Below the pieces are notes generated by a model. That model saw nothing but the letters and a program-made list of their open reading frames with translations. It had not been told where the DNA came from and searched no databases. This document shows positions 28,130-37,932 of a stretch of DNA of 64,000 bases, piece after piece. How positions within the stretch are numbered: position 1 is the first letter of the stretch; every line of letters begins with the position of its first letter. Both the position numbers and the translations under genes were made by a program. Location of the stretch: NCBI GenBank assembly GCA_949292205.1, contig CASEYR010000002.1:34777-98776 (forward strand). Direction: 5' to 3'. Source of the stretch: an uncultured Alphaproteobacteria bacterium (lineage in GTDB: Bacteria; Pseudomonadota; Alphaproteobacteria; CAAHEQ01; UBA3637).

Positions 28130-29350
28130 TCAATCACATAAAACATTTGCTCTAGTGATGTTTTTCTGAAAATGTGCTTGTGCAACTCCTTCAGAGATAT
28201 TTAAAAAGTAAGCCTGACACGATCCGTTATCCTTGTCTGTCCAATAGAAATAGCCACCGACTTTATTGTGAAGCTCTACCATCGCCGGAGCGCGATTATA
28301 GTTTTCCAATAAACAATCTGTGGCATCTTGATCACAGCACAACCACCCGTATTCCTCTGATGTCGGTTCTCCGTTTGTATTGTAACAATTTAATGTTTTT
28401 GCATTGATTTTATTTAGTTTTTTGTCATGAGAAATACACCAATTTTTAGCGCTCCACCATGTCATAGTGGGACCCTTCCAAACATATTTATCGGTTTTAC
28501 CGTCTCCATTTAAATCTAAAGGAATAGCGTTATTTTGATTTTGAGCCTCTCCTTTGTCTCGGCATGTTCCAACACCGAGATGATTACAATCTATTGGATT
28601 TTCAAAAGCGCAGTACTTTGATGAGTCAATTTTTCCATCTGATGTTTTACAATCTTCGTTACGAGTACACTCTCCTTCTGAGGTATAACATTGACTATTT
28701 TCTGCTGTTCCGGATGTTGTACAGATTTCACCGCTTTGACAACAGATTTCACCACACATTTCCCAGCCGTTGGGACACAGACATCTTCCCGAAGAACAAA
28801 CAGTTCCATTTGGGCAAACAACATCGGCACATCTTGGATCCGGAGGAGGAACATCCTTTAAAGTATTCTCAAAAGCAAAAGTCAAAAGGCTCTCCGTTTC
28901 AATGGGGCATTGTGTGTCATCCGTAACAATAACCTCTCCGACTTTTGTTTCAACAGGTAAGGACCAGTCCATATCTAGCAGAGCATTACAAATTCCCTCG
29001 GGAATATGATCAACGGATATAGTAAAGAATCCTGAATTACCATTGTATTCATTAGCAACCGAGACAAGATGCCTGTTTTGAATCAAGTCAACACCGGCAT
29101 TTGGATGAAATTCATGTAAGTTAATATCCATATTCCGAATACGTTGTTGACTGGCAATAAAGGCTCGTTTTTTAACTTCATTGATAATTTCATTGGCGTT
29201 ATATCTATCCATAGCCCAGCGATAGCCCATAACACCACCAATGGCCAATACACCCATCAAAGCCAGAACGCCCAGCATTTCTACCATACTCCGTCCCGAT
29301 TCGTTGTTAAGTTCCTTCTGATTGATTGTTTGTTTTTCCTGTTTTACCAT
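28130..29350 (-). CDS. Type IV pilin-like protein with Cys-rich linker and C-type-lectin-like C terminus
   Basis: ESG|RSMVEMLGVLALMGVLAIGG class III signal (E at +5); many Cys; MTWWSAKNWC...YWT...NVLCD. Confidence 0.75.
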   Translation of the reverse strand: MVKQEKQTINQKELNNESGRSMVEMLGVLALMGVLAIGGVMGYRWAMDRYNANEIINEVKKRAFIASQQRIRNMDINLHEFHPNAGVDLIQNRHLVSVANEYNGNSGFFTISVDHIPEGICNALLDMDWSLPVETKVGEVIVTDDTQCPIETESLLTFAFENTLKDVPPPDPRCADVVCPNGTVCSSGRCLCPNGWEMCGEICCQSGEICTTSGTAENSQCYTSEGECTRNEDCKTSDGKIDSSKYCAFENPIDCNHLGVGTCRDKGEAQNQNNAIPLDLNGDGKTDKYVWKGPTMTWWSAKNWCISHDKKLNKINAKTLNCYNTNGEPTSEEYGWLCCDQDATDCLLENYNRAPAMVELHNKVGGYFYWTDKDNGSCQAYFLNISEGVAQAHFQKNITRANVLCD

Positions 29351-29582
29351 TTCAGCTTCCCTGTATATCCCTTTTGAATATCTTGATTCTTTTTATCATA
29401 AAATAACAATAAAAACAAGTTTTTTATTTAAATTCATAAGGTAAAATAATGCTTTTTATAAGTTGGTTTAGCTTTCTTTATTGTGTATTACAAAATACGG
29501 ATGGTATTGTGTATTAAAACAAGATATTTTTGGATATATTATCTTAAAAAAAGCTTGCAATTATTTTTTGAAGAAGTTAAAT

Positions 29583-29598
29583 TGTTTCACATGAAACA
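29583..29598. promoter_or_regulatory. parS site 1
   Basis: TGTTTCACATGAAACA, one mismatch to the parS consensus. Confidence 0.88.
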
Positions 29599-29619
29599 TT
29601 TTAAGGAGTGATACCAAAT

Positions 29620-29635
29620 TGTTTCACGTGAAACA
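29620..29635. promoter_or_regulatory. parS site 2
   Basis: Perfect TGTTTCACGTGAAACA upstream of rsmG-parA-parB. Confidence 0.95.
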
Positions 29636-29647
29636 AAAAGGAAATAG

Positions 29648-30247
29648 ATGATGTCAGGGATGTATATTCAGCAAGCAGAAGCAGATTTAAGACAATATGT
29701 CGCTTTATTAAAGCAGTGGCAAAAAGCAATCAATCTTGTTTCTCCTTCTACTCTGGATGATGTATGGAATCGGCATATTATGGATTCCGCTCAATTATAT
29801 TCATTTATTCCTTCAGAATCTACTTCATTGGTTGATATGGGATCTGGGGCCGGTTTCCCAGGGATGGTTTTGGCCATTTTAAATAAAGCCAATCAAGGGG
29901 GATTAAAGGATATTTATTTAATTGAAAGTGATACCAAAAAGTGTTTATTTTTAAGGGAAGTTGCTCGACAATTATCGGTTCCCGTTACGGTTTTAAATCA
30001 ACGATTGGAAACGGTTTCCGGTATTTCTGCTGATGTAGTAACGGCACGGGCCTTGGCTTCTTTTGAACAATTATTAAAATGGGGAAAATCTTTTATTACA
30101 CCACAAACAACATGCTTATTTTTAAAAGGGGAAAATGTAGAATCTGAACTATCCCCCTGCCCCATTTCGTGTCACATTGAAAAGATAAACAGCATAACAA
30201 ATAAAAAGAGTTTTATTATTAAAGCAACGGAGATAATTTATGACTAA
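29648..30247 (+). CDS. rsmG: 16S rRNA m7G527 methyltransferase
   Basis: WQKAINLVS, RHIMDSAQL, DMGSGAGFPG, VTARALA, FLKG. Confidence 0.95.
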   Translation: MMSGMYIQQAEADLRQYVALLKQWQKAINLVSPSTLDDVWNRHIMDSAQLYSFIPSESTSLVDMGSGAGFPGMVLAILNKANQGGLKDIYLIESDTKKCLFLREVARQLSVPVTVLNQRLETVSGISADVVTARALASFEQLLKWGKSFITPQTTCLFLKGENVESELSPCPISCHIEKINSITNKKSFIIKATEIIYD

Positions 30248-31022
30248 ACCACGTATTTTTTCAATATCCAATCAAAAAGGCGGCGTCGGTAAAACAACAA
30301 CGACAGTCAATCTGGCAACAGCATTAGCCGCTTTGGAAAAGAAAGTTTTGATTATTGATTTAGATCCGCAAGGAAACGCAACGGTTAGTTTAGGTGGGCA
30401 ACGCCGATTAGGAAATTATAACTCTTATACTGTTTTGACGGGGCGTCATACGGTGGCTGAAAGTGTTATGAAAACAGATATTCCCTATTTATATATTTTG
30501 CCGGCCAGTCAAGAATTATTAGGGGTTGATATTGAATTAGCCGATGTAGATCGTCCGCAGTTTTTCCTGAAAAATGCATTAGATAATTTATCTGATTTTG
30601 ATTATGTTTTTATTGATTGTCCGCCGGCAGTCGGTTTATTAACCATGAATGCTTTGGTTGCTTCTACATCGGTCATTATTCCGGTTCAGTGCGAGTACTT
30701 AGCTCTGGAAGGTGTTGCCGATTTAATTAAGACAATTGAGCGTGTTAAAAAGAATTTTAATCCGGATTTAGAAATTCATGGAATTGTGATGACAATGTTT
30801 GATGGGCGATCTAACCTGTCAAAATCAGTTGTAAATGATGTTCGTGAATTTTTTGGTCATTTGGTTTATGAAACGGTTATTCCACGCAATGTTCGCATAC
30901 CTGAAGCTCCCTCACACGGTAAACCCGTTATGTTGTATGATTTTAGAAGTGTTGGGGCTCAAAGCTATATTCGCTTGGCCGGTGAGGTTTTAAAGCGGGA
31001 AAAAGAAAAGAATATGATTTAG
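30240..31022 (+). CDS. parA: Chromosome partitioning ATPase ParA
   Basis: NQKGGVGKTTT, DLDPQGNA, IDCPP, EAPSHG. Confidence 0.97.
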   Translation: MTKPRIFSISNQKGGVGKTTTTVNLATALAALEKKVLIIDLDPQGNATVSLGGQRRLGNYNSYTVLTGRHTVAESVMKTDIPYLYILPASQELLGVDIELADVDRPQFFLKNALDNLSDFDYVFIDCPPAVGLLTMNALVASTSVIIPVQCEYLALEGVADLIKTIERVKKNFNPDLEIHGIVMTMFDGRSNLSKSVVNDVREFFGHLVYETVIPRNVRIPEAPSHGKPVMLYDFRSVGAQSYIRLAGEVLKREKEKNMI

Positions 31023-31038
31023 ATAATAGGAGTTTAAT

Positions 31039-31950
31039 ATGGAAAGAAGTCTGGGTTTGGGTAAAGGATTGAGTGCGTTAATGGGAGATGATTTTAATCA
31101 ATCTGTTCCGGTTCAGCCTGAAAAAGAAGCCCCTGTTGGCGGTATTACACTGGTTGAAATCAGCTTATTGGTTCCAAGTCCGTTTCAACCGCGTCGTGTT
31201 TTTGCTCCGGAAGCTCTAGCCGATTTAGTGCGTTCTATTCGAGAAAAGGGCGTTTTACAACCTTTGCTGGTTCGTCGTCATCCGACCCATGAGCATATGT
31301 ATGAGATTATAGCCGGTGAGCGTCGTTTCCGTGCCTCTAAGGAAGCAGGATTAAAACAAATACCTGTTATTGTTAAGGATTTTGATGATAAAGCAGCTTT
31401 AGAAGTTGCTTTGATTGAAAACCTGCAACGAGAAGATTTGAATCCGTTAGAAGAAGGGGAAGCATATCGTCGGCTATTGAATGAATTTCATTATACGCAA
31501 GAAGAGTTATCTCAAGTTGTTGGAAAAAGCCGAAGTCATGTTGCAAATATGATGCGTTTATTGGACTTGCCGGATGATATTAAACAATTGGTTGAAAAAA
31601 AAGAATTAACTATCGGACATGCAAGAGCTTTATTAAATGCCGAAAATCCTTCTTTGCTGGCGTCCGAGGTAATTAAAAAAGGATTAAGTGTCCGAGAAAC
31701 TGAGAAAATGGCCGTCAATAAAGGGGGTGTTAAGTCTCATAAAAAGGCATCTAATTCAAAGAAAAAAATTACATATCAAAAAGATAGTGATATTTTAGCT
31801 TTGGAAAACGAGTTGGCAAACCTGTTAAAAACACAGGTTTCAATCAATTGGAATGGAACCGGTGGTGAAGTTATTATCAGCTATGATAATTTAGAAAAGC
31901 TGGATATTATCTTACAAAGATTGACGGCGATGGGTGCTATTAACGAATAA
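31039..31950 (+). CDS. parB: Chromosome partitioning protein ParB
   Basis: LGKGLSAL, QPRR, IIAGERRFRA, ENLQREDL, HTH GKSRSHVANMMRLL. Confidence 0.97.
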   Translation: MERSLGLGKGLSALMGDDFNQSVPVQPEKEAPVGGITLVEISLLVPSPFQPRRVFAPEALADLVRSIREKGVLQPLLVRRHPTHEHMYEIIAGERRFRASKEAGLKQIPVIVKDFDDKAALEVALIENLQREDLNPLEEGEAYRRLLNEFHYTQEELSQVVGKSRSHVANMMRLLDLPDDIKQLVEKKELTIGHARALLNAENPSLLASEVIKKGLSVRETEKMAVNKGGVKSHKKASNSKKKITYQKDSDILALENELANLLKTQVSINWNGTGGEVIISYDNLEKLDIILQRLTAMGAINE

Positions 31951-31961
31951 TGGATATATAA

Positions 31962-32083
31962 AGTAATTACAATTTTTAGACTTAAGAATAATTTTGGAAT
32001 TACATGTATTGATTTACAAATAAAATAATGTAATTACAAAGTTATTCTTTTTTGTTGTATTAAGTAATTAAAAAGTAATTATA
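31962..32083. repeat. Phased cluster of TGTAATTACA-like palindromes
   Basis: Copies at 31962, 31995, 32029, 32063 and 32074 between convergent parB and miaA. Confidence 0.65.
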
Positions 32084-32927
32084 TCTGATTGATATTAAAG
32101 TCATTAATTGATTCTAAAATCATATCACTTTTGATTTGATGACGAAACCAAGTTATTTGTCGTTTAGCGTAGTGACGTGTGGATAAAATAGCTTGTTCAC
32201 ACATTTCTTCTTTAGAGATATCTCCTTGTAAATAAGAGATAATTTCAGGCACACCGATTGCTTTTAAAACGCCTCCGGTTGGTTTTAATGTCAGTAAATG
32301 TTCAATCTCTTGAATACCCCCCTGCTCTATCATTTGATGAAAACGAATGGCACATCGTTCATACAGAAAGGATCTTGGCGGATTCACAAAAATGATTTGA
32401 AAATCAGCATCTAAAAGCTTTTCTTTTGGTTGTTTCGTAAAATAAGACAGGGGCTTTCCTGTGGTTAATTGAACTTCTAATGCTCGCCGTAACCGTTGAG
32501 GATCAACAGCCGGACAATCTATAACTTGCTTTCTGACATCATCAATATCCATGTTGCGAACCTGTTTTCGGATATCTTCGTCAACATCAGGTATCCTATT
32601 GATACCATTAACTAAAGAAGATATGTAAAGCCCTGTTCCACCAACAAGAACCGGATTTTCCGTTTCTTTTAAAACAGGAACAACACGACTGAGCCAATCT
32701 TGAACCGAGCTTTGAAAATAAGCGTCGGCATAACCGTATAATAAGTGGGGAATACCTTGCATTTCCTGTGATGTCGGTCGAGCGGATATCAGTGTTAAAT
32801 CTTTATATATTTGCATCGCATCGGCATTGATAACCGAACCGTCTATTTCTTTTGCAATCTTAATCGCTAAAGCTGATTTTCCACTGGCCGTCGGGCCGAT
32901 AATAACTCTGATTTTTTTGTTCGCCAT
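32079..32927 (-). CDS. miaA: tRNA dimethylallyltransferase
   Basis: GPTASGKS, INADAMQIY, VGGTGLY, RALEV, YAKRQITWFR. Confidence 0.96.
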   Translation of the reverse strand: MANKKIRVIIGPTASGKSALAIKIAKEIDGSVINADAMQIYKDLTLISARPTSQEMQGIPHLLYGYADAYFQSSVQDWLSRVVPVLKETENPVLVGGTGLYISSLVNGINRIPDVDEDIRKQVRNMDIDDVRKQVIDCPAVDPQRLRRALEVQLTTGKPLSYFTKQPKEKLLDADFQIIFVNPPRSFLYERCAIRFHQMIEQGGIQEIEHLLTLKPTGGVLKAIGVPEIISYLQGDISKEEMCEQAILSTRHYAKRQITWFRHQIKSDMILESINDFNINQI

Positions 32928-33018
32928 AATTTGTCCTTTTTTAGAAAAGGTATCTTATTTTTGCTTGTTTTTCAAGTGAAAATCGTTATAATAGAGTAAA
33001 ATGTAAAGAGGAATGTTT

Positions 33019-33531
33019 ATGAAAAAAAATATATATGGAATCGTGTTGACCGGTTTTTTATTGTTAAGCGGATGTGGCTTTAGACCACTATATGGATTCC
33101 AAACAAATCCTGAGGTTATCCGTAAGTCTGCTCAAATTGAAGTTGAACCCGTTGTCGGCGATGGGGGATATCAAATGGGATTGATTTTAAAAGAAAAATT
33201 AAATCCTAATACACTCTCGTTACCTAAAAAATATCAGTTGAAAGCTGTTATTGATAAACCCTCTTTCTATGACCAGAGTATTCAAGGCGATAATTTTGCC
33301 AGCTTGGAAAAAATGACTCTGACCGTTCATTATACACTAACGGATATCGAATCTAAAACCGTTTTGGTTTCTTCCTCCAGTACCTTGAGTGGGTCTTATA
33401 ATATTATTCAAGAGCCCTATGCAACCATAACCGCAAAAGAAAAAACGTATCAAAATTTGGTTCAAGCTCTGTCAAATGAAATCGTCTTGCATATGATGGC
33501 TTATTTAAAAGGGGATGATCGTGAAAGCTAA
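33019..33531 (+). CDS. lptE: LptE-like lipoprotein
   Basis: Lipobox LLSG-C followed by GFRPLYG; directly upstream of holA. Confidence 0.7.
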   Translation: MKKNIYGIVLTGFLLLSGCGFRPLYGFQTNPEVIRKSAQIEVEPVVGDGGYQMGLILKEKLNPNTLSLPKKYQLKAVIDKPSFYDQSIQGDNFASLEKMTLTVHYTLTDIESKTVLVSSSSTLSGSYNIIQEPYATITAKEKTYQNLVQALSNEIVLHMMAYLKGDDRES

Positions 33532-34546
33532 ACCGTTGCAGGTATCAGCTCTGAAGCCTCAGATTCAAAAGACTTTTAAGGGAGCTCTGGTTTTTGGACC
33601 GGATTTTGGTGTTGCTCAGGAAATATCAGAGCAAATTGCTCGATTTATTGTATCAGATCTGCAGGATACATTTTGTGTCGTTAAAATAACACCTCAACAA
33701 ATAAAGGAAATTCCAAGCTTACTCTTAGATGAGGGAAACGGTGTTTCGTTGATGGGCGGACGAAAGCTGATTTGGGTTAAAGATGCCGATAATACGGTTA
33801 CAGATGCGGTTTCTGCGTTTTTATCCTATTGTCAGACAGATTCTTTTTTGTTATTAAGTGCCGGTAATTTAACACGGACTTCTTCTTTAAGAACATTTTG
33901 TGAGTCTAATCAAAGTCTTTTAAGTATTGCTTGCTATGCAGAAGAATCTAAAGACGTGGCTGTTTTTATTCGGGGTATTTTGAATGAAAAAGGTATTCAA
34001 ATACAACCTGATGTCTTAATGTTATTGGTTGAACGGTTAAGCGAAAATAGATTGATAACTCGGCGTGAACTGGATAAGTTAATCACTTATCTTGGCGAAC
34101 AAAAGATGGTTACAGCCGATGATGTTCGCGCCATTATAACGGATACGGTTGATGCGTCTACGGATATTTTGTGTTGTGCTATTTGTGAAGGCGATCAAAA
34201 GAAAGCAGATAAAGAATACCATTTGATGTTATTAAATGGGGAAACTCCGGTCGGAATTATTCGTATTTTATCAAATTATTTCAATAAATTATTAGAAGCA
34301 TCAGAAGTTTTTGACTCAAGCGGTCAGATAGATATGGCAATTAAAAAAGTATTGAGACCGGCCCAGTTTCAATTAAAAGAAAGTGTCTTAAGACAAATTA
34401 GAATTTGGAAAAAAAGCTATATTTTAAAAGTATTATCTTTATTATTAGAGGCTGAAAAACAAGTTAAAAGTACCGGTTTTCCGGCTGAATTGATTTTGGA
34501 TCGTGTGATTATTCAAATAACGGGCGTTGCTAAAAGATACAAGTAG
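33515..34546 (+). CDS. holA: DNA polymerase III delta subunit
   Basis: LVFGPDFG, SLMGGRKLIWV, ACY, ELDKLITY; true start may be GTG 33521. Confidence 0.88.
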   Translation: MIVKAKPLQVSALKPQIQKTFKGALVFGPDFGVAQEISEQIARFIVSDLQDTFCVVKITPQQIKEIPSLLLDEGNGVSLMGGRKLIWVKDADNTVTDAVSAFLSYCQTDSFLLLSAGNLTRTSSLRTFCESNQSLLSIACYAEESKDVAVFIRGILNEKGIQIQPDVLMLLVERLSENRLITRRELDKLITYLGEQKMVTADDVRAIITDTVDASTDILCCAICEGDQKKADKEYHLMLLNGETPVGIIRILSNYFNKLLEASEVFDSSGQIDMAIKKVLRPAQFQLKESVLRQIRIWKKSYILKVLSLLLEAEKQVKSTGFPAELILDRVIIQITGVAKRYK

Positions 34547-34619
34547 CGGATACTTGCCCGTCTTTTCGTTGTTCTGATAAGTTAATAAAAAAGTATTTTA
34601 ATTCAATGTCTTCTATTGA

Positions 34620-35498
34620 CTATTGGAAATACTTTTTTTTCTGAAACAGTGTTTCCGGATCTATCCGAACACCAAACCATGTCACTGTAAAATGAAGATG
34701 AGGACCGGTAGCGCGACCTGTCATACCGACTTCTCCGATTTTATCACCAGGCTGAACGATTTGATTTTCTTGAACATTTATATGACTCAAATGAGAATAA
34801 CTGGAAAAAACACCATAACCGTGATCAATTAAAATTGTTTGACCGGAATAAAACATATCCGGATGTATTAGTTTGATAACACCTTTTGCGGGAGCAATAA
34901 CGGGGGTTCCGATCGGGGCAGCATAATCCGTTCCGCTGTGTCCTTGCGTTTTAATACCGTTGAGCAATCTTCTGGAGCCAAATTCACTAGATATACGCTT
35001 GAATTGTTTTAGAGGGCGTATCCATTGAGTTGGAAATTCTGTAAAATCAGAATGTTGCCTGTTTTTTCTCATCAGTAAAAACTCTGATTCAATTCTTTTT
35101 TGATCATGAGTGTTCGGAGTTACCTGACGGGGTGGTAATCCATTGACAACTTCTTCTTTCCAAAAGCGTTTTTGGACGGGAAAGGTTTGTTTTTCTATGC
35201 CTGTATCGGTTTTGATATATAAACTCAGTTGTGTGCAATCTTGGGGTAATCCTAAGATGAACTGCCCATCTGAAGTTCTTGAAATTAAAGTCATATCACT
35301 TTCCTGACCGTTATTCAAAAATGCCGAATCTACGTAGATTTCTTCATGGGGAGTAAGGTGTCCATAAACAAGTTGTCCCTCTATCAAAGGTGTTTGAAAG
35401 GTGAGTGCTTGGGTTTTTGTTAGTATAAATAAGTCTATTGTAATTACAAAGAACATCAATAAGTATTTTTCTGGTATTATTTTGTAATTACAAATCAT
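34620..35498 (-). CDS. M23 family metallopeptidase
   Basis: HSGTDYAA (HxxxD), YSHL, TGPHLHF; start uncertain, ATG 35498 gives a signal-like N terminus. Confidence 0.85.
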   Translation of the reverse strand: MICNYKIIPEKYLLMFFVITIDLFILTKTQALTFQTPLIEGQLVYGHLTPHEEIYVDSAFLNNGQESDMTLISRTSDGQFILGLPQDCTQLSLYIKTDTGIEKQTFPVQKRFWKEEVVNGLPPRQVTPNTHDQKRIESEFLLMRKNRQHSDFTEFPTQWIRPLKQFKRISSEFGSRRLLNGIKTQGHSGTDYAAPIGTPVIAPAKGVIKLIHPDMFYSGQTILIDHGYGVFSSYSHLSHINVQENQIVQPGDKIGEVGMTGRATGPHLHFTVTWFGVRIDPETLFQKKKYFQ

Positions 35499-36819
35499 CA
35501 AATAAGAGTCCTTGGGTTTGAGTTGACGATAACGGTTTACGTTTATTTGGGGACGAACCATAATGGTGTTCTTTTTCAGAGGGCAATGGTTTTGAATCTG
35601 ATGTCGGAATAGCAGAAACAAGCCCATCCGAAAATGAAATTGTGAGTCGTTTTTCACGACGTGCATCGTTGGAATGGTCAATGATTTGTCCCGAGCTGCC
35701 TGAAATTAAGGTAAAACCGCGCTCTAAAACCGAATGATATGAATATGATTTCAATAACTTAGATGCTGTTTCAAAACGAGCATTGATTAGGTTTAAATAT
35801 GTTGAAAAAGCTTGTTCCAGACGTTCTGAGCGATCATCCAGTCGTTGAATGAATGTTTCTATGACTTCGGATAAGTTCGGTAATGCTCGTGTCAATCCCG
35901 TTAACATCAATTTCTTTTCATCCGCAAATCGGGTCAGGGCATCCGTTAAGCGTGTTTGATTACTTTGAAGTTGTATCATCAGCTCGCTACGAACCGGAAC
36001 GGCTTTTTCGGCGGCACCGGTCGGAGTTGGTGATCGTAAGTCTGACACATAGTCTATCAGTGTTGTATCGGTTTCATGACCGACGGCTGAAATTAACGGA
36101 ATATCTGATGCGGCAGCAGATCGGACAACATTTTCCTCATTAAAGCACCAGAGATCTTCAAGGCTACCCCCTCCCCGTGCGACAATTAACAAATCCGGAC
36201 GAGGAATTAACCCATTAGGTGTTTGTAATCCGGTGGGGGGAATAGCATTAAATCCTTGTATGGCGGCGGCTATCTGATCGGCTGCCCCCTCCCCTTGTAC
36301 CAAAACCGGCCAAAGATACACAGGACGTGGAAAGCGGTCACGTAATCGATGCATAATATCACGGATAACGGCTCCGCCGGGACTGGTTACAACGCCAATT
36401 ACGTTCGGTAAATACGGTATCGGCTTTTTGCGTTTCGGGTCAAATAATCCTTCTTTTTCCAACTTTTCTTTGCGTTCTTGCAATAGTTTTAATAAAGCGC
36501 CGACACCTGCCGGTTCAGCTTCTTCAACAATCATTTGATAGTTGGAGCGACCGGGGTAAGTGGATAACTTTCCGGTGCAAATAACCTCAAGTCCCTCTTG
36601 GAGGGCATTCATTGTTTTTAAAGAACGACCTCGCCAACAAACGGCAGACAAAACAGAATCTGCATCCTTTAGAGAAAAATAAGTATGACCCGAAGCAGCC
36701 TTTTTTAAGCCGAAAACTTCTCCGCGAACTTTGATATGTCCGAAAACTTGCTCGACGCAGCTTTTTAAAGACAGTGATATCTCTGTAACGGATAAAATAG
36801 GCTGTTCCGGTGTATCCAT
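35488..36819 (-). CDS. xseA: Exodeoxyribonuclease VII large subunit
   Basis: SGHTYFSLKD, VVTSPGGAVIRD, VARGGGSLEDLWCFN, VGHETD, TPTGAAE. Confidence 0.96.
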   Translation of the reverse strand: MDTPEQPILSVTEISLSLKSCVEQVFGHIKVRGEVFGLKKAASGHTYFSLKDADSVLSAVCWRGRSLKTMNALQEGLEVICTGKLSTYPGRSNYQMIVEEAEPAGVGALLKLLQERKEKLEKEGLFDPKRKKPIPYLPNVIGVVTSPGGAVIRDIMHRLRDRFPRPVYLWPVLVQGEGAADQIAAAIQGFNAIPPTGLQTPNGLIPRPDLLIVARGGGSLEDLWCFNEENVVRSAAASDIPLISAVGHETDTTLIDYVSDLRSPTPTGAAEKAVPVRSELMIQLQSNQTRLTDALTRFADEKKLMLTGLTRALPNLSEVIETFIQRLDDRSERLEQAFSTYLNLINARFETASKLLKSYSYHSVLERGFTLISGSSGQIIDHSNDARREKRLTISFSDGLVSAIPTSDSKPLPSEKEHHYGSSPNKRKPLSSTQTQGLLFDDL

Positions 36820-37047
36820 AATCCCTCTCCTAATAAACTAAAACTATATCACAATTCGCTATAAAAAGGAAGAAAAAAGAAGATAGCAATAAGAAACAAT
36901 ATATCACTATGGATTGTTTTAGAGTATGATGTTTTCTGTATTTGAAAATCAGAAATGGAATAATCTATCAAAAAATAAAAAAAATGATAAAATACTCTTC
37001 ACTTTTTCGATAAGGTTTGCTATACTAACGTCAAATCAACGTGATGT

Positions 37048-37932
37048 ATGAGGTGTATGATGAAATTTTATGCTCTTTTACCAATGGTTCTTTTGGGGGC
37101 TTGTGTTCAAACGGTTCAACCAATGCAACCTGTTCAGCCGACGGAAGAAACGGGTTTGACTATTGAGCGTGAAACGATGGTTGTTGCCGAAAAGCCAATC
37201 TCTAATACTCAAGTTTTATCTCAAAATCAAACACAAGGGCAATACGTTGAGAGACAACCTATGGCGTATAATCAGAGAGCTTTGCAACAACAGGCATCAC
37301 AAATGGAATATATGCCTCAGACAACCCAAATGCAAGCAGTTCCTTACCAAAATGTAATTCCGGCACAGGTTGCTCCGACTGTTACACCTCAGGGAACGAC
37401 TATTGAGGTGCCGGCTCAACAAATTTATATTCCGGATTCTACGGAAACTTATAATCAAGCCGTTATTGGTGCTCAGACCGTTCAACAAACACAAAATATA
37501 CCCTCGTATCAACCGATGCAACCGTCTATTCCTGCTCAGCAGGTTTCAGTTGGCTATCAACAGATTCAGGCTCAGCCTGCCCCCACCTATCAATCAGTAG
37601 GAGCTTATTCTCAGCCGGAACAGATGATGGTGGATCTGCCTAAGACAACACAAAATATGTATCAGCAAGTTGATCCGATGTACGCTACGCAACCGGTTGT
37701 TTCTCAGCCTACTCAACCGGAGGCGGTTGTTATCACGCTTCAACATCCGGCTCAACAAGGGACCTTGGCCCAATGTTTATCAACAGATATGGCCTGTATA
37801 GCCTCTTATGAACAACAAGGATTTGTTCAGCTGCGGAATATGCCTCAATTCGCAGGATTTCAAGAGGTTTTGTCTCCATCAGATTATCCGGCGGGACAAT
37901 GGCGTAATCAAAATAATATCCCTCGGTGGTAA
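37048..37932 (+). CDS. Gln/Pro-rich low-complexity lipoprotein
   Basis: Lipobox LLGA-C, long Q/P/T/V-rich region, small C-terminal domain with CLSTDMAC. Confidence 0.7.
   Translation: MRCMMKFYALLPMVLLGACVQTVQPMQPVQPTEETGLTIERETMVVAEKPISNTQVLSQNQTQGQYVERQPMAYNQRALQQQASQMEYMPQTTQMQAVPYQNVIPAQVAPTVTPQGTTIEVPAQQIYIPDSTETYNQAVIGAQTVQQTQNIPSYQPMQPSIPAQQVSVGYQQIQAQPAPTYQSVGAYSQPEQMMVDLPKTTQNMYQQVDPMYATQPVVSQPTQPEAVVITLQHPAQQGTLAQCLSTDMACIASYEQQGFVQLRNMPQFAGFQEVLSPSDYPAGQWRNQNNIPRW

Noticed and set aside
28130-28260. DGR variable region in the lectin-like pilin tip
   Set aside because: No reverse transcriptase and no template repeat visible in this window
29481-29516. TTGTGTATTA direct repeat upstream of parS as a fifth TGTAATTACA cluster
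   Set aside because: It matches only with a deletion, and the 26-bp spacing is off phase
31962-32083. CRISPR-like array suggested by 33-34 bp periodicity
   Set aside because: The repeat unit is only ~10 bp and degenerate, and there are no cas genes; it fits protein-binding sites better
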